From NCBI GenBank assembly GCA_938091905.1, contig CALKOM010000053.1, positions 1 to 64,000 of the forward strand: a stretch of DNA of 64,000 bases. Direction: 5' to 3'. This document shows positions 8,752 to 18,588 of the stretch, piece after piece. The translations under genes and the position numbers were made by a program. Origin of the DNA: an uncultured Verrucomicrobiales bacterium (GTDB lineage: Bacteria; Verrucomicrobiota; Verrucomicrobiia; Verrucomicrobiales; DEV007). A model generated the notes under the pieces. That model was given only the letters and a program-made list of their open reading frames with translations, was not told the DNA's origin and searched no databases. Position 1 is the stretch's first letter. Each line of letters opens with the position of its first letter.

Positions 8752-9468
8752 ATGAAGGTTCAGCAAGGAGTTTACACATACACACTAGAACTCGACGCCC
8801 ATCTTATCAAAGCGGGAAAGCATTCGTTCGCGCTTATTGATGCGCTTCCGAAGAATCTCTCCAAGGATGGCCTGGAGAATTTGAAGAAGCTCGTTGATCA
8901 GAAAGCGGAAGGCGTCTGGGTCCAATCTCGTCTCATGGTCGTGTTGGGACTAACTGGGCCAGAGGAGTCCGATACGACTGCTTCTGTCGTCGAAGTGCCG
9001 TTGCGCGCCATGACCGATAGCGATGATGAGGAGGAAGGGATCACCTTTTCTTGCGTGTCCGGTAAGGACGGTCGTACTCGTTTGAACTTCAGTGACAAGA
9101 CCAAGCCAGAAGAAGCCAAACGCATCTCCAATGCCTTCTGGAAGATTCTCCTCGCCGAGCCGCTCGAGCTTGACGATTTCTCAGCAGAAACCGTCGACCA
9201 ATCAGGAGCAAAGGTCGCTTACGGCGTTCGTGATGGCCGCTGCTTCTTTGGTGACCCCGATGACGTGGATATCGACATCCCGGCAGAGGTCGGAGGCAAA
9301 GACGTCGGCCGTGGTCTCGCTGATTTCGATCCTGCCGGCATGGTGGCTGACGACGAAGATGAATGGATGCGTGGTGACTCTGAGAGTGAGTGGGACGAAG
9401 ATGAGGACAAAGAGAACGAAGACTACGGCTTCATGCGTCCTGATGACGCCGTGGACGACGACTACTAG
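8752..9468 (+). CDS. Hypothetical protein with very acidic C-terminus
   Basis: Long ORF with protein-like composition and a D/E-rich tail. ATG 8752 preferred over TTG 8677. Confidence 0.75.
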   Translation: MKVQQGVYTYTLELDAHLIKAGKHSFALIDALPKNLSKDGLENLKKLVDQKAEGVWVQSRLMVVLGLTGPEESDTTASVVEVPLRAMTDSDDEEEGITFSCVSGKDGRTRLNFSDKTKPEEAKRISNAFWKILLAEPLELDDFSAETVDQSGAKVAYGVRDGRCFFGDPDDVDIDIPAEVGGKDVGRGLADFDPAGMVADDEDEWMRGDSESEWDEDEDKENEDYGFMRPDDAVDDDY

Positions 9469-10823
9469 CGGAAGATCGATTTCAGATCCTTGATCAGGTC
9501 TTCAGCGGAGTCCTTGACCGCATCGACGTCGATGTCCGGAAGTTTATCCGAGAACCCTACCCTGGGTTTGCCGATGTCGCCTTTGGTGATCAGCTTGAGG
9601 GTAAATCGGCCGTCTTTTAAGAAGTGATCTCCGATCAGACGTCGAAAAACATCTGGGGGGAGGAATCGAACCTTGCGGCGAACGTAGCGATCCACGCTTC
9701 CTATGATCCCTTCGGTGATTGCCGGACCAGCCATGAGTGTGGTCTTGAATTCATGTTGGCCATCTTCGGATTCATACCAGCTGCCTTCCGCCAAGGAGAA
9801 GCCGTAGTCTGAGAAATCGACCGTGGTATCTTCTGTAAGAGTGAATTGGTGGTCTCGATAATTTCCTTTTAGACGGGCAGGCTGAACCAGATCACCGCCG
9901 AGCTTGATATCGTCTAACTGAATGCCGTATTTCTCAAGATCCCGAAGCTTCTTGGCCACCGCGTGCATTAGCGGTGCCGTTTCCAGGCGCGTCCCCACCA
10001 GGGCTTCAAGTTGAAAGTCTACGGCGGGTTCAATCTTGCGTGTCTTTGGATCTACGGGGCGCACATCTCCAGAGCCCTGAAGCATCATGTTTCCGAAGCG
10101 CTCTCCACTTTCCAGGTGGTCAAAGAGGATGTTGGCGCGGACAGCGATCTTTGCATGATTCTTAGTTTCCAGATCCCCTGGGGAGAGTTCGACATCGCTG
10201 AGATCAAGATTGACGTCGGTCCAAGAAATACGGGTGTCCTTTTTCTCTAACTCAATCACGAATGTGAGATTCTCAAGGCGTGCAGATCGTAGGGACGTCG
10301 AGATCTTCAGTCGATCTATCGTATCGTCGTCGTCATCCTTATCTTTATCCTCATCTCGGACCTTCTTGGGTTTCTTATCGTCACGCCTGGGTTTGTCGAA
10401 GAGACTTTCAAGCGAGTGATCGCCCTCCTCAGGCTTGATGAGTTTGCCAGTGACCTCTGACCCCAAGAACTCGTGCACGTGGATCCTTCCTAGGAGCAAG
10501 TGTGGGAAGGAAACGGCAAGAGATATCTCTTTGGCGGTGATCTGCGGGTTGGTGATTGCTGGCCGATCAGCTAGGGGCGTCTGCTGATCGGCATGGCCAT
10601 CACGTTTGGCCATCGCGAAGTCTTTGATCACTAGACGGGCAGGCTGTGCAAAGAGCGACAGTTCGACGGCGCTTATCGACGTTCGGCAGTTGAGGCGTTT
10701 CTCGAGCTTACGGACAAGCTTCTCGGGCTGAAAGAAGAAGTTGGCGGCAAGATAGAGAACCGTTCCCCCGGCTAGGGTGAGGATGATCCCTAGGAGAAGG
10801 AAGCGGCGGATCCAGGACTTCAT
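9465..10823 (-). CDS. AsmA-like membrane-anchored periplasmic protein
   Basis: N-terminal TM anchor followed by beta-rich repeats; ends ITKGDIGKPRV, as in AsmA-like proteins. Confidence 0.65.
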   Translation of the reverse strand: MKSWIRRFLLLGIILTLAGGTVLYLAANFFFQPEKLVRKLEKRLNCRTSISAVELSLFAQPARLVIKDFAMAKRDGHADQQTPLADRPAITNPQITAKEISLAVSFPHLLLGRIHVHEFLGSEVTGKLIKPEEGDHSLESLFDKPRRDDKKPKKVRDEDKDKDDDDDTIDRLKISTSLRSARLENLTFVIELEKKDTRISWTDVNLDLSDVELSPGDLETKNHAKIAVRANILFDHLESGERFGNMMLQGSGDVRPVDPKTRKIEPAVDFQLEALVGTRLETAPLMHAVAKKLRDLEKYGIQLDDIKLGGDLVQPARLKGNYRDHQFTLTEDTTVDFSDYGFSLAEGSWYESEDGQHEFKTTLMAGPAITEGIIGSVDRYVRRKVRFLPPDVFRRLIGDHFLKDGRFTLKLITKGDIGKPRVGFSDKLPDIDVDAVKDSAEDLIKDLKSIFR

Positions 10824-10920
10824 ACAAGAGCATGATGCGGCAGGTCTGGGTGGGATGCGAGAGGCAATTCTGGTGACGGATCAGCGTTGATTTTTCCAGC
10901 GAAGTCCTCAAGCTGGTTTT

Positions 10921-12006
10921 ATGCAAACGAGACGTTCTCTTACTCGACATCTCCCTTTCCTGGGGGCGTTTATCCTTGTCTTTGGCGCCGTGGGGCAGGC
11001 TCAGGAATGGATGGACGTGAAAGACTTGAAAGGCCGGAAACTGACGATGAAAGTCGAGAAGATAGATGGTGATGAGGTCATCTTCACGACAAAAACTGGC
11101 AAGACGTTCACTTACAAAATCACGAAATTCAGCGTCGTTGATCAGCTAGCGCTTCGCAAATGGAAGCCACCTGCGGGTAGCGACAGCCCGGTTGAGGAGG
11201 ATGCGAAGCTTGAGGAGGTGAAGGCCACTGATGTCGGCAAGATCTTCCAGACTAAACATTACGAGTTTGAAGTAGTTGGCCCTGTCACGGAGACGCAGCT
11301 TGAAGCCGTGACTCCTCACTTTGAAGCCGTTCATTGGGCCTTCAAACAATTGCCCTCCCAGTTTGCACCGAAGCCTGCAGGATCGCATTTCAAGGTGAAG
11401 CTCTTTGCCAAGAAGTCTGACTTCGAGATTTCAGAACAGGATCAGCTCCCTCAAGGACAACCGGCAGTCTACAACCTGAGCCGTGATGTGCTGGTCGCGC
11501 CGATCGACACGATGGAGAGTTCGGCCGCACTTACCCGTGAAGTAGCTTACCTTTTGTTAGGTTCACGCTTGGAGAAATTACCCCCTTGGCTTGCTGTTGC
11601 ATTGACTGATTATCTTGCCGGTGCGCCATTTAAGAAAACCTACCTCGATTTTGAGGATCCCTTTGCGAACATGTTAGCTCATTTGGGCGAGGCCTATGGC
11701 TTGGCTAACAAAAACGTTCCTATGCTCAAGCCATCCCAAGTGCTTACAATGGGATACAATCAGCTTCGTCAGACTGGCCTTGAGGGGGGCAAGGCGCGTT
11801 CCTCGGCCCTGCTTACCTACTACTTCTTCACCTTCCTGGACAGTAAAGGAAAGCCGATGGAGGGCTACTTGCGCGCCCTCAAGACGAACACCGTGCCTGA
11901 TGAAGCCTTGGCGATCCTTGCCAATGATCGCGATGAGACGCAACTCGCCGATGCACTCCGGGTCGCCTACATCCCGAAGAAGCTTCGTGTTGCCTTTATT
12001 CAGTAA
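10921..12006 (+). CDS. Secreted protein: SHD1-like domain plus degenerate zincin (peptidase MA/DUF1570-like) domain
   Basis: Signal peptide; W.D.KGRK...G.....FS..DQ..L..W SHD1 pattern; TREVAY...LPPWLAVALTDY in place of HExxH...P.W..EG.A.Y. Confidence 0.65.
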   Translation: MQTRRSLTRHLPFLGAFILVFGAVGQAQEWMDVKDLKGRKLTMKVEKIDGDEVIFTTKTGKTFTYKITKFSVVDQLALRKWKPPAGSDSPVEEDAKLEEVKATDVGKIFQTKHYEFEVVGPVTETQLEAVTPHFEAVHWAFKQLPSQFAPKPAGSHFKVKLFAKKSDFEISEQDQLPQGQPAVYNLSRDVLVAPIDTMESSAALTREVAYLLLGSRLEKLPPWLAVALTDYLAGAPFKKTYLDFEDPFANMLAHLGEAYGLANKNVPMLKPSQVLTMGYNQLRQTGLEGGKARSSALLTYYFFTFLDSKGKPMEGYLRALKTNTVPDEALAILANDRDETQLADALRVAYIPKKLRVAFIQ

Positions 12007-12056
12007 TACTAAGTGTGGCACGGCCTTCCGGGCCGTCGCCTTTGACGCTGAAAGAA

Positions 12057-12782
12057 CTAAGGATGATACGGCGGTATGGCATGGGTGTGCTTGCCATCGA
12101 TCATGTCCCTAGCATAATCAGTGACTCGGGCAATGATGCGCTCGTAAAACGCCTGACCTTTCTCCGCCGTCGCCATGGACGGTTTGGGATCCGTCTGATC
12201 CTTCCACACCTCCTGCCTAACGTTCTCGGGAAAAAGATGCAACGCTATCGCTGTTTCAAACTCTTGCGCATGTCCAGGAAGGTCTTCGGGAAGACGTGCT
12301 CCGCTGTCTAACAGTTCTATGGCGTCCTCTTTCGTCAGCACGTTCCAGTAAGGAAAGAAATGCACGTTCACCTGAAACTTGCGCAGAAACTGATCCCACA
12401 CCGCTTCGCATGCCGCGATGTTTCCGCCATGACCATTGAGAACGAGGATGTTGGTGAATCCAGCGCGGACCAGCGAATCGACCAAGTCTGACACAACGGC
12501 CAAAAACGTGCCTGGCTGCAGGCTTAAGGTGCCGCGATGTACCATGTGATGCTCGCTGATACCCGCCATGAGTCCTTCAGCAACGAGTGCATGAGGCGCA
12601 AGCTGTTCCGCCACCGCGCCTGCAATAAGGCGGGCACTGCGCCAATCGTGCTCCATGGCAAGGTGCTCCAAGTGCTGCTCGACCGCTGCCACTGGGAGAA
12701 TGGCGAGCTTCAGTTCACCCGCGTCCATACGGGTACGGAACTCACGTCGCGTCAGTTTGCCTAACCAAATCTTTGAACTCAT
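12057..12782 (-). CDS. Creatininase / creatinine amidohydrolase family protein
   Basis: EQH..HL...D, G.SEHH, LNGHGGN and GHA.E.ET motifs. Confidence 0.9.
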   Translation of the reverse strand: MSSKIWLGKLTRREFRTRMDAGELKLAILPVAAVEQHLEHLAMEHDWRSARLIAGAVAEQLAPHALVAEGLMAGISEHHMVHRGTLSLQPGTFLAVVSDLVDSLVRAGFTNILVLNGHGGNIAACEAVWDQFLRKFQVNVHFFPYWNVLTKEDAIELLDSGARLPEDLPGHAQEFETAIALHLFPENVRQEVWKDQTDPKPSMATAEKGQAFYERIIARVTDYARDMIDGKHTHAIPPYHP

Positions 12783-13705
12783 GTGTTGGGTGTCTCGCTG
12801 GGTTGATCTGTCGGCGGAGGTGAGGCCAACGCCTTCACCATGGCTTTTGCAAGAGGTAGGTCCAAAGCGTCATTCTTCTCGAGGCCGACTTCAGAGCGAA
12901 ATTCATAGAGCGCTTTCAACGTGCGATTGCCGAAGACCCCATCGATATCTCCAGAATAATATCCTTGGCGACGAAGAAACCGCTGCAAGGCATGCTTCGT
13001 CCGCCAGCCATGAATGCCGTCAGGAGTACCCTCGTAGAGATCCACTTTGCTCAGAGACTGTTGGATCATGCGGAGAGCTTCTCGCGCCTCTTTCTCGCGT
13101 CGATGCGCTTCTGCGAGTTCGCGGCGAAACGTCGCCCGCTGACGGCTGTCGCCCGCAATGAAGGTCTCCAGTTGGTCAGGTAGCTTCGGCGGCAGTTTGC
13201 CCTGGTACTTGTAAAAGACCACGTAGGTGCTTCCCACTCGTTTTACCTCAAACGGAAACGCGTCTTGCTGCGTGAAAGAGCGCAAGGGATGTAGGTCATG
13301 CCACTTCTCCAGCGGAAATGCCTCGACGGCAGGCAACTCAGCGTCAGTGGCGAATGTCAGGGCATCGATCCCTAGGCGCACGCGATCTCCCTCCGTGTCT
13401 GTAAACTCATGATGTAAACTGCCACGTTGGAGATGCTGAGTTCCATGCCGTTCATAACGTGAGGGCTCGTTCCAATAGACCTTCCAGCCATGCTTTTCGA
13501 GGATCAGACCAAAGGCCCGTAAGTGACTCAGCGTCTTCTCGTCCTCTTTCGCTAGCATGGGAAGCGCCTGTGAGACTGCGGTGCTACGACGCAGTCTCTG
13601 ATGCCGCATCATCAAGATCACGATGGCGAAAAAGAGCAACACTATAATGGCTATAGAAACCGCGATTAGTTTCTTAGCTGGAACCTGGTCACCCGGTGTG
13701 CTCAC
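12779..13705 (-). CDS. Membrane-anchored protein with two C-terminal peptidoglycan-binding (PG_binding_1) repeats
   Basis: N-terminal TM; IQQSL....LY.G.PDG..G..T..AL and LQ..L...GYY.G.IDG.FG..T..AL. Confidence 0.8.
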   Translation of the reverse strand: MSTPGDQVPAKKLIAVSIAIIVLLFFAIVILMMRHQRLRRSTAVSQALPMLAKEDEKTLSHLRAFGLILEKHGWKVYWNEPSRYERHGTQHLQRGSLHHEFTDTEGDRVRLGIDALTFATDAELPAVEAFPLEKWHDLHPLRSFTQQDAFPFEVKRVGSTYVVFYKYQGKLPPKLPDQLETFIAGDSRQRATFRRELAEAHRREKEAREALRMIQQSLSKVDLYEGTPDGIHGWRTKHALQRFLRRQGYYSGDIDGVFGNRTLKALYEFRSEVGLEKNDALDLPLAKAMVKALASPPPTDQPSETPNT

Positions 13706-14409
13706 ATGGGCACGTTAGCATCAATCAGGCCATGTCCCAAGCGCTTAGGTGGCCTGCCTAACGAACTAACAGAGCCATGCGCTGGGGAGTTGATCTCTTC
13801 GAGAGTGATCGGCTAAACTACCAAAGTCCTATTTTCTGGGCGGTTTTCTAATTCATTCCCAAATAGTCGTCAATGACAACGAAATAGGCAGTCTGAGTCG
13901 TCGACTCGGTCTCCCGCTGCTGCGGAAATGGTAAGACTTCCCTCCACCTATCATTCGCGTCAGTCTGCGTGCATTCGCCGTCCCAAACGTTCAGTCACAA
14001 GACATCCAATCGACTCCGTATGTCTGTCCCACCAACGCTACAAGCCACATGGGTGCAGATCTCAGTCGTCCGCATATTCAAATTGCTGAATTGTGGTGTA
14101 GCCAGCGCAAGAGTTGCACCTGGGAGCCCCATAAATACTCCGCCCGAAGATTGTCGAAACGCCGATGCCGCACGAACGTCTCTGGGAATAGAAGAAGCTT
14201 GCCGGGGATATGAGCGAACAAGAGGATGTGAGGAGAGAGAGGGCCAAACCAAAGGCAAATAAAAAACAAGGCGAAACTCGTTCACAGTTCATCCATCTGC
14301 GGGAAACCGCACGCTGGGATCTGCGAGGGGGAAAGCCGTTATCGAAAATACTTACTTTAAAAGGTCGAATCGGTTTAGATGACCGTTAACACCGAAGAGT
14401 ATTATTAAC

Positions 14410-14891
14410 ATGTCAGATAATAGATCAGATTTTCATGTCGTATCAGGCACTGGCAAGGCGTTTTGGGGCCCGGGTGACATGTACACGTTCCTTGTCTCCG
14501 GAGAGCAGGCTGGTGGTGCTCTTTTTGCGATGAAGGGGCTTGTGCCTGCCGGTGGTGGCCCCCTCTTCACGTCCACGAAAGGGAGGACGAGACCCTCTAT
14601 ATTCTGGAAGGTAGATGTACTGTCCAAATCGGAGAGCAGGAGATGGTGGCATCCTCAGGCGATTCCATTTTCCTTCCCCGAGGCATGGTGCACGCCTTTA
14701 GGAATGACGGCCCAGAGACGCTTAGGTTGATCCTGACGTTCGTTCCTGCCGGGGTTGAGCAGTTCTTTGAAGAAGTGCTCGAGCCAGTCACAGAACGGAA
14801 TGTAGTGCCACCTCCACCTACCCAAAAATTGGTCGAGCGCTTATTGGGCACAGGACCGAAATACGGAATTACATTTGTATTGCCGGAGTAG
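14410..14891 (+). pseudogene. Cupin (quercetin-dioxygenase-like) gene split by a 1-bp frameshift
   Basis: Frame switches at a C5 run (14559-14563). One extra C restores GGGPPLHVHEREDETLYILEG...PRGMVHAF, a complete two-motif cupin. Confidence 0.85.
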
Positions 14892-14921
14892 GAATCGTAG
14901 AGGCAACCCAACAAGGCGAGG

Positions 14922-15566
14922 ATGGAAACCGCGATGGCTTCACAGACGAAGGCGGTGTGTGTCCGACACCTTTGAGAGCGTTCTCTGGTGTTTGATTACC
15001 TCTCGAACTCCCTTCAGTTGTTTACGCTTCATCCGCGGGGAATGGCACCGATGAGAAGTATCCTTTTCGACAAGATAGTACCTGAGAATTGGCCTGTTGC
15101 GTGACATCCGGATCTTACGATTGCGCTTTCCAAGATGGTTCCGGTTGATGGCTATGGTGCTTGGTCTCACAAGAAGGGCGTTCCTCACGCGTAACCATCC
15201 GTGTCACTTCTTCAGGGCATGGTCACCGCATGGATTCACCTCGATGAGACGATATCTACCAACGGTGCCTTGATGGTGATTCCTGGTACTCACTGGCTAG
15301 GCAAGATCGGGCCCTCTGCCATTCCCTCTCTGATCCCATCGTCTGAAGTTGAAGTGTGTGAGTGCCGCCCTGGCGATGTCCTGCTAATGTCGCCGCTGAT
15401 TCTTTATTCGTCACATCGGAGTTCAGAGCCTGCGCGACGCAGAGTCATTCACTTTGAGTATGCGTTGAGAAAATTGCTGGATCAACAGTTGACCTGGTAT
15501 GAAGACAGCCAATCAATAGGAACAAACAGGGCAGACTACCAGACGTCCCTAACGAAGAACTACTAG
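14922..15566 (+). pseudogene. Phytanoyl-CoA dioxygenase (PhyH) family pseudogene
   Basis: One frame reads RSILFDK..ENWPVA*HPDLTI...GVPHA*P...IHLD...NGAL.VIPGTH, with stops at 14973 (TGA), 15102 (TGA) and 15192 (TAA). Confidence 0.85.
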
Positions 15567-15569
15567 ATC

Positions 15570-16001
15570 ATGAAGCTTAGCCCTTTTCACATAGCGATCC
15601 CGGTGCGAGATATCGCGGAGAGTCGGCTTTTCTATTCAACGGTGTTGGAGTGTGCGGAGGGGCGTAGCGATGCTACCTGGGTGGATTTTAATCTGTATGG
15701 GCACCAGTTTGTTTGTCACCTGAACCCTAACATTGGGAAGGATGGTAAACTTGATTCACACTACAATCCGGTTGATGGGCATGGGGTTCCGGTGCCGCAC
15801 TACGGAGTTGTCTTAGAGATGGATCAGTGGGAAGCTCTCGCCGAGAAACTCAAGAGTCACGAAATTGAGTTTATCATTGAGCCGTATGTCCGGTTCAAAG
15901 GAGAAACAGGCGAGCAAGCGACGATGTTTTTCATGGATCCTTCCGGCAATGCGCTTGAATTCAAAGCTTTCAAGGATATGACTCAGTTGTTTGCTGTCTA
16001 G
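15570..16001 (+). CDS. VOC / glyoxalase family protein
   Basis: [10 protein letters not shown]...L.C.EGR, WVDFN.YGHQ, VPVPHYG and [10 protein letters not shown] motifs. Confidence 0.92.
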   Translation: MKLSPFHIAIPVRDIAESRLFYSTVLECAEGRSDATWVDFNLYGHQFVCHLNPNIGKDGKLDSHYNPVDGHGVPVPHYGVVLEMDQWEALAEKLKSHEIEFIIEPYVRFKGETGEQATMFFMDPSGNALEFKAFKDMTQLFAV

Positions 16002-16092
16002 CTGAAGTGTGGTGTCTTGAACCCAGCATACGCGGTGGCGTGATGAGACGGATAGCTGGACAAGCGAAAGCGAAAGAGATAGGAACGTGACT

Positions 16093-16563
16093 ATGAAACC
16101 GATCTTGTTCTTGGTTGCTGCGATTGCAGCGTGTGCGCAAATCGGGTGCGCTTTGAACCCGGATATCAGCGCGACGGTGTTGGAAGCTGCCGAAGGCGAA
16201 GAGAAAGGCCTAGACCTCGCGATTGATGCGACTCATGATTCGGTGCGCGTGGGCGTTCGATTGATCCTTAGGTATGACCAGGACTCCGAAGGGTTCATCG
16301 GAACAGTGGATAATGTTTCGGATAAAACTATAGAAGCCGTCCGCGTTGAGGTGCACTTATCGAATGGAACCGAACTTGGCCCAACGCCCCGCGAAAGGCT
16401 AGCGCCTAAACAAAAACGTAATGTTGAGTTGTCCGCTACAGGCCAGACTTTTGAGACGTGGAAGGCCCATACGGAATCTGATGCAGGGGAAGAGCATGGT
16501 CATGATAGCGAGGGAGAAGGAGAGCATGGCCGTGAGCGCGACGAGTCGCGCGAACATGGTTGA
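16093..16563 (+). CDS. Putative lipoprotein, small Ig-like (FxLYD-like) domain with His/Glu-rich tail
   Basis: Signal with QIGC; G.V.N......VRVEVHLSNG.ELG pattern; tail EEHGHDSEGEGEHGRERDESREHG. Confidence 0.7.
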   Translation: MKPILFLVAAIAACAQIGCALNPDISATVLEAAEGEEKGLDLAIDATHDSVRVGVRLILRYDQDSEGFIGTVDNVSDKTIEAVRVEVHLSNGTELGPTPRERLAPKQKRNVELSATGQTFETWKAHTESDAGEEHGHDSEGEGEHGRERDESREHG

Positions 16564-16687
16564 CGCAAATCAGAACCCAAGTTTCTGACAGAGGATATTG
16601 CGGAGCGGAATGCAAGTTGGACCACAGCGCGGGCCGCTGAGGCAAACGTTTCACCGTTACGACGAAGCCCTGCCGGCCAGAAGCAGT

Positions 16688-17173
16688 TTAACTCCCTAAC
16701 AACGTCGTCTCAAGGGGCGAGGCATCGACTTGAGGTAATGATAGAGGCGCGAGATCTGGTTGAGGTTCAAGGTATTCCTTTGAAGTGTCTTCCTCGGGAG
16801 TGATCTCGCGAATATTGGTGCCCAGTACGCTTCCGAACTGGCCGCTGGTCAGTTGCACTTCCATCCACTCTCCGTCGACTTCGCGTAGGATGATATAGGC
16901 GTCGGCATTCAACATGCCGACCGGGACCATGCTGCCATCTTCAGGATGCGTGACACAGAAGAAGCAGGCTTGGCGCACTCGCACATACTTGGGATCATCG
17001 GGCAGAAGTCTCGGTTCGAGTTGCTGTTGGATGAGAGAAATCTCCTTATTGCTGACCTCGTTGCCTGTGGTCGCCGAGTCACCAGTGACCGACTGGTTGC
17101 CTAGCAGCGCGCAGGAAACGAGCCCGTTTAGGACGAGGAGCGCGGTAAACAGTCTGAGGAAAGGGCCCATCAT
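16688..17173 (-). CDS. Putative lipoprotein with bacterial SH3-like domain
   Basis: LVSC lipobox; ILREVDGEWMEVQLTSGQFGSV SH3b-like strand pattern. Confidence 0.65.
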   Translation of the reverse strand: MMGPFLRLFTALLVLNGLVSCALLGNQSVTGDSATTGNEVSNKEISLIQQQLEPRLLPDDPKYVRVRQACFFCVTHPEDGSMVPVGMLNADAYIILREVDGEWMEVQLTSGQFGSVLGTNIREITPEEDTSKEYLEPQPDLAPLSLPQVDASPLETTLLGS

Positions 17174-17276
17174 GGTGTAAGCGTCAAGCTCGACCGCTTT
17201 CGCCTAGCAATCAATCTGCTGGAGTAGGAATTCCTCATTGCGCTGCCTGCATGAGCCCACTACGAAAGCGGGAAGA

Positions 17277-18566
17277 ATGACGAACCAGTTCTACCAAGAC
17301 TTTGATCGCGAGACGGCCTCGGGGTATCCCCGGCCGGATGATTATCGCACGCCGTTTCAGGTGGATCGCGATCGCATTCTTCACACCTCTGCGTTTAGGC
17401 GATTGCAGAGCAAGACTCAGGTCTTTCTGTCTGGCGAGTATGATTTCTATCGAACACGATTAACCCACTCCTTGGAGGTGGCGCAGGTTGGGCGTTCGAT
17501 TTGTCAGCGACTGAAGCAACGATCGGATCAGTTATCGGATGACTATTACATTGATGCGGATCTTGTCGAAGCGGCATGCCTTTCGCATGATCTTGGACAC
17601 CCCCCATTTGGTCACAGTGGTGAGCGGACCTTGCACCATTGGATGCGCGACTTCGGTGGTTTTGAAGGGAATGCGCAGACCTTGCGCATGTTGACCGAAA
17701 CGATCTATGCCAATCCTCGTGATGGCAAGTTGACGGGGATGAAGCCGACGCGGGCATTCCTCGATAGCATTCTCAAGTACAAGGCCTTTCACCATGAAGT
17801 ACCCGGTGCCCGGAACCATTTTATCTATGACGATCAAGAGACTTGGCTCGCGTTTGTCTTTGGTATGGCTTGGAGAGAGGTGAAAGAGACGTGGTCGGGC
17901 AGTTCGCGAAATTCGCTGAAGTCGATCGAGTGTCAGGTCATGGATTGGGCAGATGATACCGCGTATTCCCTCAATGATCTTGTAGATGGGATCAATGTTA
18001 GCTTTATAACGACAGAACGCATCGAGCGCTGGGCGGCGACGCAGGAGTTGAATGAAGTGCAGGCCGAGCATGTCTCGAACTTGCTCCGTGCGATTCGAGA
18101 AGAGCGGACCGAGCCTGTCATTGGGCGAAAGATTGGCGAGTTCATCGCCGGTTGCCATCTCGAGGAAGCGGAAGCGAATATTCTTTCGAGACAGAGCCAT
18201 CGCTACCGCTTCAATCTTGTGATCGAGCCCGAAATAAGGGAAGAAGCCGATCTCTACAAGCGCCTTGCGTTGGACGTGGTATTTCGGTCCCAGCAGTTAC
18301 AGCAGCTCGATTACAAGGGGGATCATATTCTGAGGCGCCTGTTAGAAGTCTTTGCAGAGCGTTATCTGGATCCCGAGTGTCCTCCGCCCGTTGCCTTGAG
18401 GTTGTTGCCGCCGTTGTATGAGAAATTGCTTGGCGAAGCGGCGTCTAAAGCGGCGCGAGCCCGAATTCTCTGTGATTATCTAGCGACGATGACCGACGGC
18501 TTTGCGACACGGACATACAAGAGGCTGTTTGATGCGGAATTCGGTTCCATCGTTGACCTAGTTTAA
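17277..18566 (+). CDS. dgt: Deoxyguanosinetriphosphate triphosphohydrolase (dGTPase family)
   Basis: DRDRI.H..AFRRLQ.KTQV, RTRLTHSLEV, HDLGHPPFGH, FEGNAQ and DWADD motifs. Confidence 0.93.
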   Translation: MTNQFYQDFDRETASGYPRPDDYRTPFQVDRDRILHTSAFRRLQSKTQVFLSGEYDFYRTRLTHSLEVAQVGRSICQRLKQRSDQLSDDYYIDADLVEAACLSHDLGHPPFGHSGERTLHHWMRDFGGFEGNAQTLRMLTETIYANPRDGKLTGMKPTRAFLDSILKYKAFHHEVPGARNHFIYDDQETWLAFVFGMAWREVKETWSGSSRNSLKSIECQVMDWADDTAYSLNDLVDGINVSFITTERIERWAATQELNEVQAEHVSNLLRAIREERTEPVIGRKIGEFIAGCHLEEAEANILSRQSHRYRFNLVIEPEIREEADLYKRLALDVVFRSQQLQQLDYKGDHILRRLLEVFAERYLDPECPPPVALRLLPPLYEKLLGEAASKAARARILCDYLATMTDGFATRTYKRLFDAEFGSIVDLV

Positions 18567-18588
18567 GGCCTCTGTGTAGCCTAAGAGC

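Noticed and set aside
13969..14292. Overlapping short ORFs, including a lipobox-like LTSSC peptide (14062-14292 -)
   Set aside because: No recognisable domain in any frame. Probably decayed sequence, so not called as a gene.
14922..15566. TGA recoding (Trp or Sec) in the PhyH-like gene
   Set aside because: A TAA also interrupts the frame, metal-site residues are altered, and TGA ends many intact genes in the window.
17277..18566. dGTPase as an anti-phage defence gene
   Set aside because: The context is housekeeping-like with no neighbouring defence or mobile genes; it cannot be distinguished without a phylogeny.
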